From: an uncultured Acidimicrobiales bacterium
GTDB taxonomy: Bacteria; Actinomycetota; Acidimicrobiia; Acidimicrobiales; JAHEJN01
Reading direction: 5' to 3'
Assembly (NCBI GenBank): GCA_963787285.1
Contig: CAWBCM010000013.1
Span: 137,265 to 201,264, forward strand
DNA: 64,000 bases
The translations under genes and the position numbers were made by a program. The first letter of the stretch is position 1. Each line of letters begins with the position of its first letter. A model generated the notes under the pieces. The model was given only the letters and a program-made list of their open reading frames with translations, had not been told where the DNA came from and ran no database searches. Positions 1-10,401 of this stretch are shown here, piece by piece.

Positions 1-202
1 CGGGGTGGTCGAGGCCATGGCGAGAACCGGCGGCCACCCGGTGCTCGCGTCGGAGTCCGACATCGTCCGCGCGCACACCCTCATCGCCGACCACACGACC
101 ATCACCGCCAGCCCGACAGGAACCGCAGGCCTCGCCGGCCTGCTGGCCGACCCCCCCGAAACGGACAAACGAGCAGTGGTCCTGATAACGGGCAGAACCT
201 GA
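1..202 (+). CDS. C-terminal fragment of a PLP-dependent enzyme (threonine synthase-like); 5' end lies outside the window
   Basis: The frame is open from the window edge to the stop at 200-202. The tail ...ASPTGTAGLAGLL...VVLITGRT resembles the C-terminus of Trp-synthase-beta-fold enzymes. The family call is from memory only. Confidence 0.4.
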   Translation, partial: GVVEAMARTGGHPVLASESDIVRAHTLIADHTTITASPTGTAGLAGLLADPPETDKRAVVLITGRT

Positions 203-410
203 ACGCGAACACGAGCCGTTGGTACGGGGCAACGACGAGCGTGAGGCAGGGCAGCTCGGATGGTCTGCCGATTGGCGGAGGCGGGGCGTGGCGACGGTGT
301 GCGAAGTGGAGTCGCGGGGGTAGGGAGGGTGCGGTGGGCCGGGGCCGCGCCGTTTGGCGTAGACCAGGCGCGGCAACGGAGCACCGCACCCGACCGGTGA
401 AAGAAGAGAC

Positions 411-1250
411 TCAGACGGAGTCGCACTCCTGGGGATTCCCCGTGTCGAACCCGGTCCGGAACCACTGCATGCGGGCTTCGGCGGATCCGTGGGTCCAGGT
501 CTCGGGACCGGCACCGGGGTTGATGCGATCGTCTCCGACCGCGGCGGCGGCGCGGAGCCCCTCCTCGATATCGCCGGGCTCGAGCACCGGGAGCCCCTCG
601 ATGGTGTCGGTGGCAGCGAAGTTGGCCCACACGCCGGCCAGGCAATCGGCCTGGAGCTCGAGGGCCACCGACAGTTCGTTCTGCCGGCCGGGGCTCTCCT
701 GCTGGAGCCGGCGGACGTCGGCACTGATGCCGGTGACGTTCTGCACGTGGTGGCCGATCTCGTGGGCGATCACGTAGGCCTGGGCGAAGTCGCCGGCCGC
801 CCCGAATCGATCCTGCAGCTCGGTGAGGAACGCCTGGTCGAGGTACACCTTCGAGTCGGCCGGACAGTAGAAGGGGCCGACGGCAGCCGATGCCTGGCCG
901 CACCCGTCGGTGGTGACGGCGGCGTCGAAGATCACGAACCCGGCCGGCGGGTAGTCGACGCCGCTCTGAGCGAACAGATCGTCCCAGAAGAACTGCACGT
1001 GATCGAAGCTGAACTCGAGGAAGGCGTTGCGTGGTGGCAGCTCGCCCTGCCTCGACGGGTCGGTGCCGGTGGCCGGCGCAAGGATGCTGCCGAAGTCGAT
1101 GCCCCCGCCGCCACCCCCACTGAACAGCATCAGCAGGATGATGCCGATGATGCCGAGCCCCCCGGCACCGCCACCGATGGCCAGACCCTTGCCCCGGGCG
1201 CTGCCGCGGTACTCGGTGTTCTTGCTTCTGTAGCCGCGGGTGTACCGCAT
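411..1250 (-). CDS. Neutral zinc metallopeptidase (YpfJ/PF04228-like), N-terminal membrane anchor
   Basis: 279-aa ORF. It has a Gly-rich TM segment near the N-terminus (GGAGGLGIIGIILLMLF) and the HEIGHH zinc-binding motif. The overall layout is typical of this family. Confidence 0.85.
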   Translation of the reverse strand: MRYTRGYRSKNTEYRGSARGKGLAIGGGAGGLGIIGIILLMLFSGGGGGGIDFGSILAPATGTDPSRQGELPPRNAFLEFSFDHVQFFWDDLFAQSGVDYPPAGFVIFDAAVTTDGCGQASAAVGPFYCPADSKVYLDQAFLTELQDRFGAAGDFAQAYVIAHEIGHHVQNVTGISADVRRLQQESPGRQNELSVALELQADCLAGVWANFAATDTIEGLPVLEPGDIEEGLRAAAAVGDDRINPGAGPETWTHGSAEARMQWFRTGFDTGNPQECDSV

Positions 1251-1302
1251 GGAACTCCTCGGGTGCGGGTCGACTCGACCGTCGACGCTTCGGGGCCGAA
1301 GG

Positions 1303-2325
1303 CTACTGCGAGAGCCCGGCGGTGGCGTCCTGCGTCGACGGCTGGACGAGGGTGCGCCAGAACGACCGATAGCTGGGGTGGGTGCGTTCGGTCGGCCAGT
1401 AGCCGTCTTCCTCGAGGGCGCGTTGCAGCTTGGGCACGTTCCACATGGGGATGCCCGAATCGACGTGATGGGCGAGGTGGTACCCGACGTTGTACGGCGT
1501 GAACAGGATTCGAGGGACCACCGAGGGCCGGATGTGATGGGTGGTGAGGCGCCGGTCGGGAGAACGGGTCATGCCCCCGTGCTCGGCGAGAGAACGGAGT
1601 CGGTTCACCACCCGCCAGTACGTGAGCCACGGCGCGAGCCACAACGCCAGGTAGAGCCAGGGCACCCCGAAGACGGCGAAGAGACCGAGGACGACGGCCT
1701 GACCGAGCCAGACCTTGGTTGCCCGCCATCGGTAGCCGGGGCGCAGGAGCCCCACGATGGCCGGTCGGATGTTCTTGTAACCCGAAACACCGACCGCATC
1801 GCGGGTGAGCTTGCGACGCATCGAGTCACGAGGGATCGGATAGCGGGCGTACAGAGCGAAGTCGGGTTCCTTCGGGCCGAACTCGTCGCGATGGTGGGCG
1901 GTGTGGACGAGACGGTAGGTGTCGGTTCCGTCACCGAAGGGCAGCCAGCCGAAGACCCACTGGCCGACCAGATCGTTCACCCGCCGTGAGGAGAACAACA
2001 GCCGATGCGCACCCTCGTGGAAGAGCGTGAACGCCTTGGCGAACCACGATCCCATGGCCACGAAGGCCAAGGGGTAGAACCACCACCGATCGACGGCGAC
2101 GGTGGCCCACACGATCAAGAACGGCTGGGCAATGGCGGAGAGGACCGTGGCCGCATTGCGGAGATTCGGGATGCGGCGGAGCTCGGCGCGGAACTCGGGC
2201 CGGGGTCGACCGTCGGGCCGGAGGCGGTCGCTGCCCGTGAATCGTGGCAGCTCATCGAGCGATGGCGCGAGGCCTCCCGTGAATCGGGCGACGAGCTCGT
2301 CGTGGTCGATGGCCTGGGTGTCCAC
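1303..2325 (-). CDS. Membrane fatty acid desaturase family protein
   Basis: 340-aa ORF with three His boxes (HEGAHRLL, HTAHHRDEF, HLAHH) and hydrophobic segments between them. Confidence 0.85.
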   Translation of the reverse strand: MDTQAIDHDELVARFTGGLAPSLDELPRFTGSDRLRPDGRPRPEFRAELRRIPNLRNAATVLSAIAQPFLIVWATVAVDRWWFYPLAFVAMGSWFAKAFTLFHEGAHRLLFSSRRVNDLVGQWVFGWLPFGDGTDTYRLVHTAHHRDEFGPKEPDFALYARYPIPRDSMRRKLTRDAVGVSGYKNIRPAIVGLLRPGYRWRATKVWLGQAVVLGLFAVFGVPWLYLALWLAPWLTYWRVVNRLRSLAEHGGMTRSPDRRLTTHHIRPSVVPRILFTPYNVGYHLAHHVDSGIPMWNVPKLQRALEEDGYWPTERTHPSYRSFWRTLVQPSTQDATAGLSQ

Positions 2326-2433
2326 ATCCCCAGGTTACCCCCCGGTAGCGGCTGGGTGAAGGGCGCGTTCTGCCCCTCGCCCGCGTTCTCCCGGTCCGGT
2401 AGCGTCGTGATCCCAAGAGCAAAGGAGTCACCG

Positions 2434-3225
2434 ATGCCCCCGACAACTGACTACGCCCATGGCACACCGTCGTGGATCGACCTCTCCACCACCGATCCGG
2501 GTGCCGCGCAGGCCTTCTACGGGGGGCTGTTCGGATGGGAGTTCGTCGCCGAGCCCGCCGGTGATCGGGGCGAGTACATCATGGCGAGCCTCGGTGGTCG
2601 AAGCGTCGCCGGCATGATGAAGCAGAGCCCCGACCAGGCACAGATGGGTCTGCCGTCTCTGTGGGCCAGCTATGTGACCGTCGACGACGTCGATGCCACG
2701 GTTGCTCGGGTCGAGCCCGCAGGAGGATCGGTCATGGCGCCGCCGTTCGACGTGATGGACGCCGGTCGTATGGCCGTGATCGTCGATCCTGCCGGTGCGG
2801 TGCTGTGTCTCTGGGAGCCCCGCGCTCACCGCGGTGCAGGAGTGGTGAACGAGCACGGGGCGCTCTTGTGGAACGAGCTCATGAGCTCCGATCTCGACGC
2901 CTCGTCGGCCTTCTATGCCGACGTACTCGGATGGGGCATCGACCTCACCGACATGGGCCCCGACGCCCCGCCTTACACCGTGTACACCGTGGGCGACGAC
3001 ATGGTCGCCGGTGGTATGGCTCCACCAGTGGATGGCATGCCCACGTACTGGGGCATCTACTTCGCCACCGACGACTGCGATGCCACGGTTGCGCTGGCCG
3101 AATCTCTCGGTGCCACCGTGCTGGCTCCGCCGATGGACATCCCCGTCGGTCGGATGGCCTCGCTCCAAGACCCGACGGGGGCGGTGTTCTCGGTGATGAC
3201 GATGGCGCCCATGGCCGAGGAGTGA
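2434..3225 (+). CDS. VOC (glyoxalase/bleomycin-resistance fold) family protein, two tandem domains
   Basis: ATG at 2434 is preceded by AAAGGAG at 2421-2427. The module GLFGW.F....G.Y..... / VLGWG occurs twice. The longer upstream extension of the ORF (from 2005) is Arg/Gly-rich and unlikely to be translated. Confidence 0.8.
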   Translation: MPPTTDYAHGTPSWIDLSTTDPGAAQAFYGGLFGWEFVAEPAGDRGEYIMASLGGRSVAGMMKQSPDQAQMGLPSLWASYVTVDDVDATVARVEPAGGSVMAPPFDVMDAGRMAVIVDPAGAVLCLWEPRAHRGAGVVNEHGALLWNELMSSDLDASSAFYADVLGWGIDLTDMGPDAPPYTVYTVGDDMVAGGMAPPVDGMPTYWGIYFATDDCDATVALAESLGATVLAPPMDIPVGRMASLQDPTGAVFSVMTMAPMAEE

Positions 3226-3226
3226 G

Positions 3227-3886
3227 TCAATCGGTCCGGAGGAAGAGCCAACCGATCAGGGGGACCACCAGAGCCGTTCCGATCAGCTGCATGGTGATGA
3301 ACAGCGGGGCGCTGGCCGGTTCGATGCCGGCGAAGGTGTCGCTGAACATACGACCGATGGTGACGGCGGGGTTGGCGAAGCTCGTCGACGAGGTGAAGTA
3401 GTACGCCGCGCCGATGAACCCGGCGACTGCGGCTGCGATCCGGTCGATCCGATCGGTGCGCACCAGGGCGAACACCACCAGCACCAGTCCCATGGTGGCC
3501 ACCACTTCCCCCAGCAACAGGTTCGGGTCGCTGCGGTCCTTGGTCGACCAGTCGACGGCATCGAGGTCGAACATCAGGTTGGCCAGTACCGCGCCGGCGA
3601 TCCCGCCGGTGATCTGGGCCACGATGTAGGGAAACACCTCACGGCGTTCGAGGTGGCCGAGCGCCCAGGCGGCGAGGGTCACCGCCGGGTTGAACGACGC
3701 ACCCGACACGGGCATGAACACCAGGATGATCACGTAGAGGATCCCGACGGTGGCGGCGGTGTTCTGCAGCAACTGCAGTCCGACATCGCCAGGACTGAGG
3801 CGCTCGGCCATGATGCCCGAGCCGACCACGCCCGCCACCAGGAGAAGCGTGCCGATGAACTCGGCCGCCAGGGGTCTGCTCTGCAC
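3227..3886 (-). CDS. MIP/aquaporin family channel
   Basis: Two NPA boxes (SGASFNPAVTLA and SFANPAVTIG) with 6-TM hydrophobicity. I placed the start at the GTG at 3886 because the upstream gene ends at 3912, so the start is uncertain. Confidence 0.8.
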   Translation of the reverse strand: MQSRPLAAEFIGTLLLVAGVVGSGIMAERLSPGDVGLQLLQNTAATVGILYVIILVFMPVSGASFNPAVTLAAWALGHLERREVFPYIVAQITGGIAGAVLANLMFDLDAVDWSTKDRSDPNLLLGEVVATMGLVLVVFALVRTDRIDRIAAAVAGFIGAAYYFTSSTSFANPAVTIGRMFSDTFAGIEPASAPLFITMQLIGTALVVPLIGWLFLRTD

Positions 3887-3911
3887 CTCGGAAACGGTAG
3901 ACGACGGTCGG

Positions 3912-4784
3912 TCAACCCGAGGTGAACAACAGGTGGCGCGCCGGCAGAATCCGGTCGATGCGGCCCAGGCGCAACAGGGTGGCCTGAACATCGGCCAGTA
4001 GCTCGGCGGACAGGTTCTGGCCGGCGTCGGCCCATTCGGTCACCGCCCACCATTCGGCGACCGTTTCCTCGCGCAGGCCGAAGCGATCGGCGATGAGCTC
4101 GACGATGTCGACACGGGCGCTGAGCTCTGCGGCGGTGGCTGCCACGGTGGCCATCGCGTGGAGAACCTCGTCGCCCCGCTGATCGAGCACGTCGTCTCGG
4201 GCGACCGCCACGAAGGCCGGCCACGGGGTCTCCTGGATGCCGACTCGGTCGAACTCGCCGCGGTCGACCACGGGCTGGGTCATGAACCGGTCCCAGAGGA
4301 AGTAGTCGGCCTGGCCGGCGGCGAGGGCGGCGCGGGCCCCATCGATGTCTCCGACCTCCACGAAATGAGCGTCGGCGTCGGGCTGCCACCCGAGGCGATC
4401 GGCGAGCACGTAGGCCATCAGGTGTGAACCCGAACCGCGACGCGAGATCGCCGCTCGGGCACCGACCAGATCGCCGGGATCTCGAAAGCGCGAGCCGGCC
4501 GCCACGTGGATACCCCACTGGAGTGCGCTCGGGATGGCGAGCCCGACGATGTGGGCCCGAACACCTCTGCTGATGCCCTGCACCACTCCCTCGGTGAGGG
4601 CGATGGCCATGTCGAGCTCGCCGGCGTCGAGGCCAGCCAGCATGGCCCCGGTACCGCTCGGTTGATCGATCCAGCGGACATGGGGGAGACGTCTGGCCGC
4701 AATGGCCTCGTACCACGGAAGACTGACGTGTTCGGGCACACCGCCCACGCGAAGTGGCGAGCTCGCGTGGAAAGTCTCGTTCAC
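3912..4784 (-). CDS. NMT1/THI5-like (type 2 periplasmic-binding fold) substrate-binding domain protein without signal peptide
   Basis: 290-aa ORF with normal composition. The segment GSGSHLMAYVLADRLGW... with GQADYFLW is reminiscent of PBP2 NMT1-like proteins. The family call is tentative. Confidence 0.5.
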   Translation of the reverse strand: MNETFHASSPLRVGGVPEHVSLPWYEAIAARRLPHVRWIDQPSGTGAMLAGLDAGELDMAIALTEGVVQGISRGVRAHIVGLAIPSALQWGIHVAAGSRFRDPGDLVGARAAISRRGSGSHLMAYVLADRLGWQPDADAHFVEVGDIDGARAALAAGQADYFLWDRFMTQPVVDRGEFDRVGIQETPWPAFVAVARDDVLDQRGDEVLHAMATVAATAAELSARVDIVELIADRFGLREETVAEWWAVTEWADAGQNLSAELLADVQATLLRLGRIDRILPARHLLFTSG

Positions 4785-4828
4785 AGGGCGTAGGGTAACG
4801 ACAGGCGCGGACGGGAAGAGACGGACTC

Positions 4829-5746
4829 ATGTTTCTGCCTGCTCCAACACGCGATCTGGCGACCGGGAAAGCGGAGGTAGAGTCGCGATCGGCGCCACGC
4901 TCCGACGGTGCACTCGTCGGGCTCCGGCCCACCGCCGCGGTCGAGATCGGCATCATCATGTCGGTGTTCCTTGCCTACAAGGCCGTGCGGTTCATGGTGC
5001 GCAACGACGCGGCAACGGCGTACGCGAATGCCCATGATCTCATCGGCTTCGAGCGCTCGATCCGGCTGTTCGTCGAGCCTGCAGTGCAATCGTGGTTCCT
5101 CCGTTCGCAGTCGGCCATCGAGGCCCTCAACTGGTTCTACGCACGCGTCCACCTGGTTTCCACGGCGGCGGTGCTGGTGCTGCTCTTCGTCGTCGATCCC
5201 CGCACCTATCTGTGGCTCCGACGCCGCCTGGTCGCCTTGACGGTGCTGGCGCTGGCCGTGCACGTGGCCTATCCGCTGGCGCCACCACGGCTCGTCGCCG
5301 GCACCGACATGATCGACACGCTGCAGCGCTTCGGACCGGCCATCTATGCGACCGGCTCGACGCTCAGTCGGGTGGCCAATCCGCATGCCGCCATGCCGTC
5401 GCTCCACTTCGGGTATGCCGTCCTCATCGCCTGGGCTCTGGTCCGCAGTCCGGCCCTCCCGCTCGGCCGATGGCTGTTCGTGCATCCTTTCGTCATGCTG
5501 GTCGCCATCGTCGCAACGGCCAACCACTACTGGCTCGATGCCCTGGTCTGCGCAGCGCTGATCGTCGTCGTCGAGCTCGGCCTGCGCCATATCGAACTCC
5601 GTGGAATGCTTCACGTTTCCCGGGGAGTTCCCTCCCGGGTGACATCGCCGATCAACGACCGGAGCAACCATGCGCACCATCACGGCCGACCTGACCACTG
5701 GATTCCAGGTCGAGATATCGAATGGGAGCCTCCGATGGTTCGCTGA
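4829..5746 (+). CDS. PAP2-superfamily (PAP2_3-like) integral membrane phosphatase/transferase
   Basis: Multiple TM segments. Conserved C-terminal motifs PSLHFGYAV and ATANHYWLDA. The start is uncertain (an alternative Met lies at MSVFLAYK). The 3' end overlaps the next gene by 77 nt. Confidence 0.65.
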   Translation: MFLPAPTRDLATGKAEVESRSAPRSDGALVGLRPTAAVEIGIIMSVFLAYKAVRFMVRNDAATAYANAHDLIGFERSIRLFVEPAVQSWFLRSQSAIEALNWFYARVHLVSTAAVLVLLFVVDPRTYLWLRRRLVALTVLALAVHVAYPLAPPRLVAGTDMIDTLQRFGPAIYATGSTLSRVANPHAAMPSLHFGYAVLIAWALVRSPALPLGRWLFVHPFVMLVAIVATANHYWLDALVCAALIVVVELGLRHIELRGMLHVSRGVPSRVTSPINDRSNHAHHHGRPDHWIPGRDIEWEPPMVR

Positions 5747-6098
5747 CGAACCGGTTGATCTCGGCGGAACCGACACCGGCCCGAACCCGTACGAGATGTT
5801 GCTCGGATCGGTGGCGGCGTGCACGGCCATCACGCTGTCGATGTACGCGCAGCGCAAGGACATCCACATCGACTCGATCTCGGTCCGCTACCACTACGAG
5901 AAGGTGCACGCCGACGATTGCTCGTTCTGCGATGACGACTCGACCGGGTTCATCGACACGGTGCGCAGCGAGATCTTCGTCGATGGCACCTTCACCGACG
6001 AGCAACGTGCGCGCCTGGCCGAGGTCGCGGTTCGGTGCCCGGTCCACAAGACGCTCGAGCGCGGCATCGTGTTCGACGACCACGTGGTGGTCGGCTGA
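5670..6098 (+). CDS. OsmC family peroxiredoxin-like protein
   Basis: 142-aa ORF. GTDTGPNPYEMLLGSVAACTAIT and a C-terminal CPVHKTL motif are typical of OsmC/Ohr-fold proteins. Confidence 0.85.
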   Translation: MRTITADLTTGFQVEISNGSLRWFADEPVDLGGTDTGPNPYEMLLGSVAACTAITLSMYAQRKDIHIDSISVRYHYEKVHADDCSFCDDDSTGFIDTVRSEIFVDGTFTDEQRARLAEVAVRCPVHKTLERGIVFDDHVVVG

Positions 6099-6180
6099 CC
6101 GCCGCACGATGCTCATGGCTGCACCGATATCACCAAGAATGGCGATTTGTCGGACCAACCGTCACGGGTAGAATTGCCCA

Positions 6181-6555
6181 GTGCTCGACGTACTCCTCTC
6201 GCCCAGTCGCATCGGTTGGCCGGTCGCGGTCTTCGCCACGGTGTGGTTGATCGCGTTGGGCGAGGGCGTGCGCACCATTGCGTGGGCCCGCAACGACCAC
6301 TTCGCCCGGTACGCGGCGTGGACGGTGCCGTTTCGGGGTGATCGACCCGGCCGCGCCTTCGCCGCCGCCGCCGAGCAGCTCAAATCGGGGCTGCGGCCGG
6401 CTGCGGTAATGCCGTTGGTCCTCGCTCCCATGCCGATGTTGCGACCACCCGCCGACATCACCACCGCCGTCGTCGGTGTGGCCGTGCTCTGGTGGCTCGC
6501 CTTCACCACTGCCGCCGTGCTGCGAGCACAGGTGACCCTTCGCTCAGTGGGTTGA
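6181..6555 (+). CDS. Hypothetical small membrane protein
   Basis: 124-aa ORF with a GTG start and 3 predicted hydrophobic helices. I recognise no family. Confidence 0.35.
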   Translation: MLDVLLSPSRIGWPVAVFATVWLIALGEGVRTIAWARNDHFARYAAWTVPFRGDRPGRAFAAAAEQLKSGLRPAAVMPLVLAPMPMLRPPADITTAVVGVAVLWWLAFTTAAVLRAQVTLRSVG

Positions 6556-7338
6556 CTTCGCCCGAGCCAGCTCGACCGCGTGCCATTCCCCCTCGGCGGT
6601 GCGGCCTCGTGCCTCGAGCTGCGGGTAGGCGGCGATCGCCCGCTCGACCTGGTGCCCGAGGATCCCACCGACGACGACGATTTCGGTCGTGTGCCGTGCG
6701 ACGGCGGGGCCGATCCGCTCGTGCACGTCGATCGTCACGTTGACAAGAGCGATGTCGACCACCCGATCGAAGTCGGCGGCGTCGCCTTCGATCACCTCGA
6801 CCCCCGCCGAAACGCCGTTGGCGGCGACATTTCGTCGTGTCGCAGCCAGGGCAGCCGGCTCGTTGTCGATCGCGAGGATCGGCGATGCCCCGAGGACGGC
6901 GGCGGCCACGGCCACGACTCCCGTTCCGCAACCGATGTCGGCGACGGCCCGCCCTTCGACCGCGAGGTCGGCCAGAACCGTCAGCATCAACCGGGTGGTC
7001 GCGTGGGCGCCGTGGCCGAAGGCGCCGCCCGGGTCGATCGACAGGGCGATGGCGCCGGATGAGGTGTCGCCGTCCTCGTCGTGAGCCCAAGGCGGCGTGA
7101 TGAGGAACGGCCCCACGCGTGAGGGCGCGGCGAACGGTCGCACGACTGGCGCCTCGGCGTCGGCCAGGGTGGCGGCACCCGGAAACGCATCCTGTGGCGG
7201 CGCGCCTTGGAAGGTGGCGACGAGCGCAACGTGCGCGGCGTCGATCGCCAACTCCTCGATGCCCAAGGCGCCGGCCGCCCACAGTCGGCCCGACTCGACG
7301 TCGATGTGCTCGGTGGCCACGACGAGTCGCAGCCGCAA
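6544..7338 (-). CDS. prmA: Ribosomal protein L11 methyltransferase
   Basis: 264-aa ORF. PrmA-type core IDPGGAFGHGAHATT followed by the SAM motif DIGCGTGVVAVAA. Confidence 0.8.
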   Translation of the reverse strand: MRLRLVVATEHIDVESGRLWAAGALGIEELAIDAAHVALVATFQGAPPQDAFPGAATLADAEAPVVRPFAAPSRVGPFLITPPWAHDEDGDTSSGAIALSIDPGGAFGHGAHATTRLMLTVLADLAVEGRAVADIGCGTGVVAVAAAVLGASPILAIDNEPAALAATRRNVAANGVSAGVEVIEGDAADFDRVVDIALVNVTIDVHERIGPAVARHTTEIVVVGGILGHQVERAIAAYPQLEARGRTAEGEWHAVELARAKSTH

Positions 7339-7340
7339 CG

Positions 7341-8912
7341 TCAGCTCCTCCCGGCCGCAGCCGCCGACCGCGCCGACTTCGCGTCGTGGGCGGGGTAGGA
7401 GCGCCAGACGATCGCCGCTGCGATGAGGCCGAACACCGTGGCCACCGTGAAGGCGAGGGTCATGCCTTCGGTGAAGGCGTCGCCGGCGCTCTGGACGAGC
7501 GCCAGGGCCTCGGGCCCATCGAGGCCGCCCGCCACCTGAAAGGCCCCACCCACCGAGTCACGAGCCGCTTCGGCCAGCGGTTCGGGCAGTCCGTCGGCCG
7601 ACGAGCCGAGGGCCGACCGGTAGCCACTGGCCATGAGGGTGCCGAGTACGGCGATGCCCAGGGCGCCGCCCACCTCGCGGGTGGTGTCGTTCACTGCCGA
7701 GCCGACGCCGGCCTTGCTCTGGGGCAACGAGCCGAGGATCGCGCCGGTTGCGGCCGGCATGAGCAGGGCCATACCGCCCGCGATCAACACGATGCCGACG
7801 GCCGTGAACAGATAGGGAGTATCGGACTCGAGTTGGCTCAGGACGAAGAACCCGATCGCCTGCACCACCAATCCGAGGGTGATGGCGCCTCGGTTTCCGA
7901 TCCTGCCGGCGACGTTCGGCGAGCGGGGCGCGATGACGACCATGGTGGCCGCAAACGGCAGGTTCCGGAGACCGGCACCGAGAGGGCTGTGACCCTGGGT
8001 GAACTGGAAGTACTGAGTGATCAGGAAGAACATGCCGAACATCACCGCGAACGATGCGCTGATCGTGAAGCTGCCCAGGGCGAACGGGCGCACCCGGAAC
8101 AGGCGCGGGTCGAGCATGGGGAACGTCGTCGTGCGCTCGAACACCACCCAGCCGACGAGGAACACCGCCGCGGCGACGAACCAGCCGATGGTGCTTCCCG
8201 TCGCCCATCCGTTCTCACCGCCCGCGATGATGGCGTACACCAGCGCGCCGAGGCCCGCGATCGACAACAGTGAGCCCACGAGATCGAGAGGCCGTTCCTC
8301 GTCGTCACGAGAGGTGGGTACCAGCGTCGAGATCAGGCCGAAGGCGATGAGCGCGATCGGGACATTGATGAAGAAGATCGAACCCCACCAGAACTTCTCG
8401 AGCAGAGCACCGCCGCCGATGATGCCGATGGCACCGCCGGCCCCCGCGAAGCCCGACCACACCGCAATGGCCTTGACCCGTTCGTGCGGTGGGAAGACCT
8501 CGGTGAGAATCGACAGGGTGGCGGGCATGACGAGCGCCGCTCCGATACCCATGCTGCCCCGCGCGGTGATGAGGGTGATCGGCGAGTCGCTGTAGGACGC
8601 CCAGAATGCGCCCGCGGTGAAGATGGCGAGTCCGGTCAACAGTGCGCCCTTGCGACCGTAGCGATCGCCGATTGCACCCGCAGGCAGCAACAACCCGGCG
8701 AACACGAGGGCATACGAGTCCACGATCCAGAGCTGTTCGGTCTGGCTCGGCTCGAGGGCGGTGATGATGGAGGGAATGGCGATGTTCAGCGAGCTGACAC
8801 CGGCCACCACCAGGATGAGGCAGCCGCACATGATGCCGAGGATCTGCCACTTGCGCGGATGGCCCGCCGGAAGCTCGTCGAAGTCGGTGCCGGGTTCGGG
8901 CCGAGACTGCAT
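7341..8912 (-). CDS. MFS transporter, DHA2 (EmrB/QacA-like, 14-TMS) drug/H+ antiporter family
   Basis: The internal start MQSRPEPG... (ATG at 8912-8910) shares one nucleotide with the amidase stop (TGATG). It has many TM helices and the signature GAIGDRYGRK. The ORF-track extension up to 9719 is antisense shadow of the amidase gene. Confidence 0.85.
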   Translation of the reverse strand: MQSRPEPGTDFDELPAGHPRKWQILGIMCGCLILVVAGVSSLNIAIPSIITALEPSQTEQLWIVDSYALVFAGLLLPAGAIGDRYGRKGALLTGLAIFTAGAFWASYSDSPITLITARGSMGIGAALVMPATLSILTEVFPPHERVKAIAVWSGFAGAGGAIGIIGGGALLEKFWWGSIFFINVPIALIAFGLISTLVPTSRDDEERPLDLVGSLLSIAGLGALVYAIIAGGENGWATGSTIGWFVAAAVFLVGWVVFERTTTFPMLDPRLFRVRPFALGSFTISASFAVMFGMFFLITQYFQFTQGHSPLGAGLRNLPFAATMVVIAPRSPNVAGRIGNRGAITLGLVVQAIGFFVLSQLESDTPYLFTAVGIVLIAGGMALLMPAATGAILGSLPQSKAGVGSAVNDTTREVGGALGIAVLGTLMASGYRSALGSSADGLPEPLAEAARDSVGGAFQVAGGLDGPEALALVQSAGDAFTEGMTLAFTVATVFGLIAAAIVWRSYPAHDAKSARSAAAAGRS

Positions 8913-10327
8913 CAGCCGAAGATAGTGGGCACGCGATCGGCCCACGGCGCCGCCGTCTCGATCTGGGCCGCGAGGCGGATGAGCAGCGCCTCGTCGTCGA
9001 TCGGTCCCACGAATTGCACTCCGACCGGAAGGCCGTCGTCGGTCGCGTGCAGGGGCAGGGAGATGCCGGGTTGACCGGTCACGTTGAACTGTGGCGTGAA
9101 CTGCAGGATGCTCGTGAGCCGCTCGGTGCCGAGCTCGGGATCGCGGAGCCAGCCGATCGGCGGTGGTGGCACGGCGATCACCGGGGTCACCAGCACGTCG
9201 TAGTCGTCCCACCAGGCATGCATGCGACGCGACCATGAATGCAGCCAGCTCACCGAGTTGATGTAGGTCGACGCCGGGATGGTCTTTCCCACCGCCGCCA
9301 TGAACCAGTTGTCGGCTTCGACGTCGGCCTCGGTCAGCTCGCGCCCCAAGGTGACGGCGTGCTTCTCGAAGTCCGCCGCCATCGACGCGGCCACCGCGGT
9401 GATGAAGTGGTGGGGGAACTCGGGGTCGGCCATGGGCGGCGGATGCGCGACCTCCACGCCGTGGCCGAGGCTCTCCAGAAGACTGCCGGCCCGCTGCACC
9501 GCGTCGACGCAATCGACGTGGGTGTCGACCGACTCGTGGGTCGGGGCGATGCCGACCCGCAGTGGCCCGGGATCGACTCCCACCTCGGCGGCAAAGGGTC
9601 GCAGTGGCGGCGGAGCAGCGTAGGGGTCGCCGGTACGGCGGCCCTGCATCACGTCGAGGATCGCGGCCGTGTCGCGAACGGTGCGCGAAACCGCACCGTC
9701 GGTGGATGCACCGGCCCACGACTCACCGGCGCCGGGTCCGAGGGAAACACGTCCTCGGCTCGGCTTGAGCCCGACGATGCCGCATTCGCTGGCCGGGACC
9801 CGTATCGATCCGCCGCCGTCACTCGCATGGGCCATGGGCACCATCCCTGCCGCGACTGCCGCGGCGGACCCTCCCGAGCTTCCGCCGGCGGACCGATCGG
9901 TGTCCCACGGATTGCGGGTCGCCCCGAACGCGGTCGGCTCGGTGGTGACCGTGCTCCCGAACTCGGGCGTGTTGGTGCGACCCAGCGTGACGAGGCCGGC
10001 ACCTCGGATCGACTCGTACATGAACGAGTCGTGGTCGGCCCTGACGTCGGCATCCTTCATGGCCTGGCAGCCGAGCTGCAGCGGCTCGCCCGCCACGGCG
10101 CAGCGGAGGTCCTTCACGAGGAACGGAACGCCGCGAAACGGGCCATTGGGCAGCTCACCGACGGCTTCGGCCCGTGCCGCCTCGAACCGCTCGTGGATCA
10201 CTGCGTTCACCGCGGGGTTGGTGCGTTCGATTCGTGCGATGGCCTCGTCGACGAGCTCCAACGGGGAGGCCTCGCCTCTGGCGACGAGAGCGGCGAGCGC
10301 GGTGGCATCGAGATGGGGACTGGGCAT
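8912..10327 (-). CDS. Amidase (amidase-signature family)
   Basis: Start at [11 protein letters not shown] (ATG at 10327). The amidase signature [14 protein letters not shown]...[12 protein letters not shown] is present. Confidence 0.85.
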   Translation of the reverse strand: MPSPHLDATALAALVARGEASPLELVDEAIARIERTNPAVNAVIHERFEAARAEAVGELPNGPFRGVPFLVKDLRCAVAGEPLQLGCQAMKDADVRADHDSFMYESIRGAGLVTLGRTNTPEFGSTVTTEPTAFGATRNPWDTDRSAGGSSGGSAAAVAAGMVPMAHASDGGGSIRVPASECGIVGLKPSRGRVSLGPGAGESWAGASTDGAVSRTVRDTAAILDVMQGRRTGDPYAAPPPLRPFAAEVGVDPGPLRVGIAPTHESVDTHVDCVDAVQRAGSLLESLGHGVEVAHPPPMADPEFPHHFITAVAASMAADFEKHAVTLGRELTEADVEADNWFMAAVGKTIPASTYINSVSWLHSWSRRMHAWWDDYDVLVTPVIAVPPPPIGWLRDPELGTERLTSILQFTPQFNVTGQPGISLPLHATDDGLPVGVQFVGPIDDEALLIRLAAQIETAAPWADRVPTIFG

Positions 10328-10401
10328 TGGCGAACCGTACCGGCCGGGGCCGGCCCGGTCGAAGTGAGTGCCCGAGCGACCTTCTGTAGGATCGGCGCCA
10401 T

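Noticed and set aside
3730-4959. Many further long ORFs in the track, e.g. 3730..4959(-), 4781..5869(-), 7119..8273(+), 10207..11328(-), 14754..16016(+), 17219..19084(-), 18325..19866(+), 24513..25622(-), 27213..28316(-), 29465..30610(-), 32026..33339(+), 53025..54695(-), 60237..61193(-), 62051..63148(-)
   Set aside because: Each overlaps, on the other strand or in another frame, a gene with clear family signatures. Each has the Arg/Pro/Gly/Ala-dominated composition expected from off-frame reading of GC-rich coding DNA.
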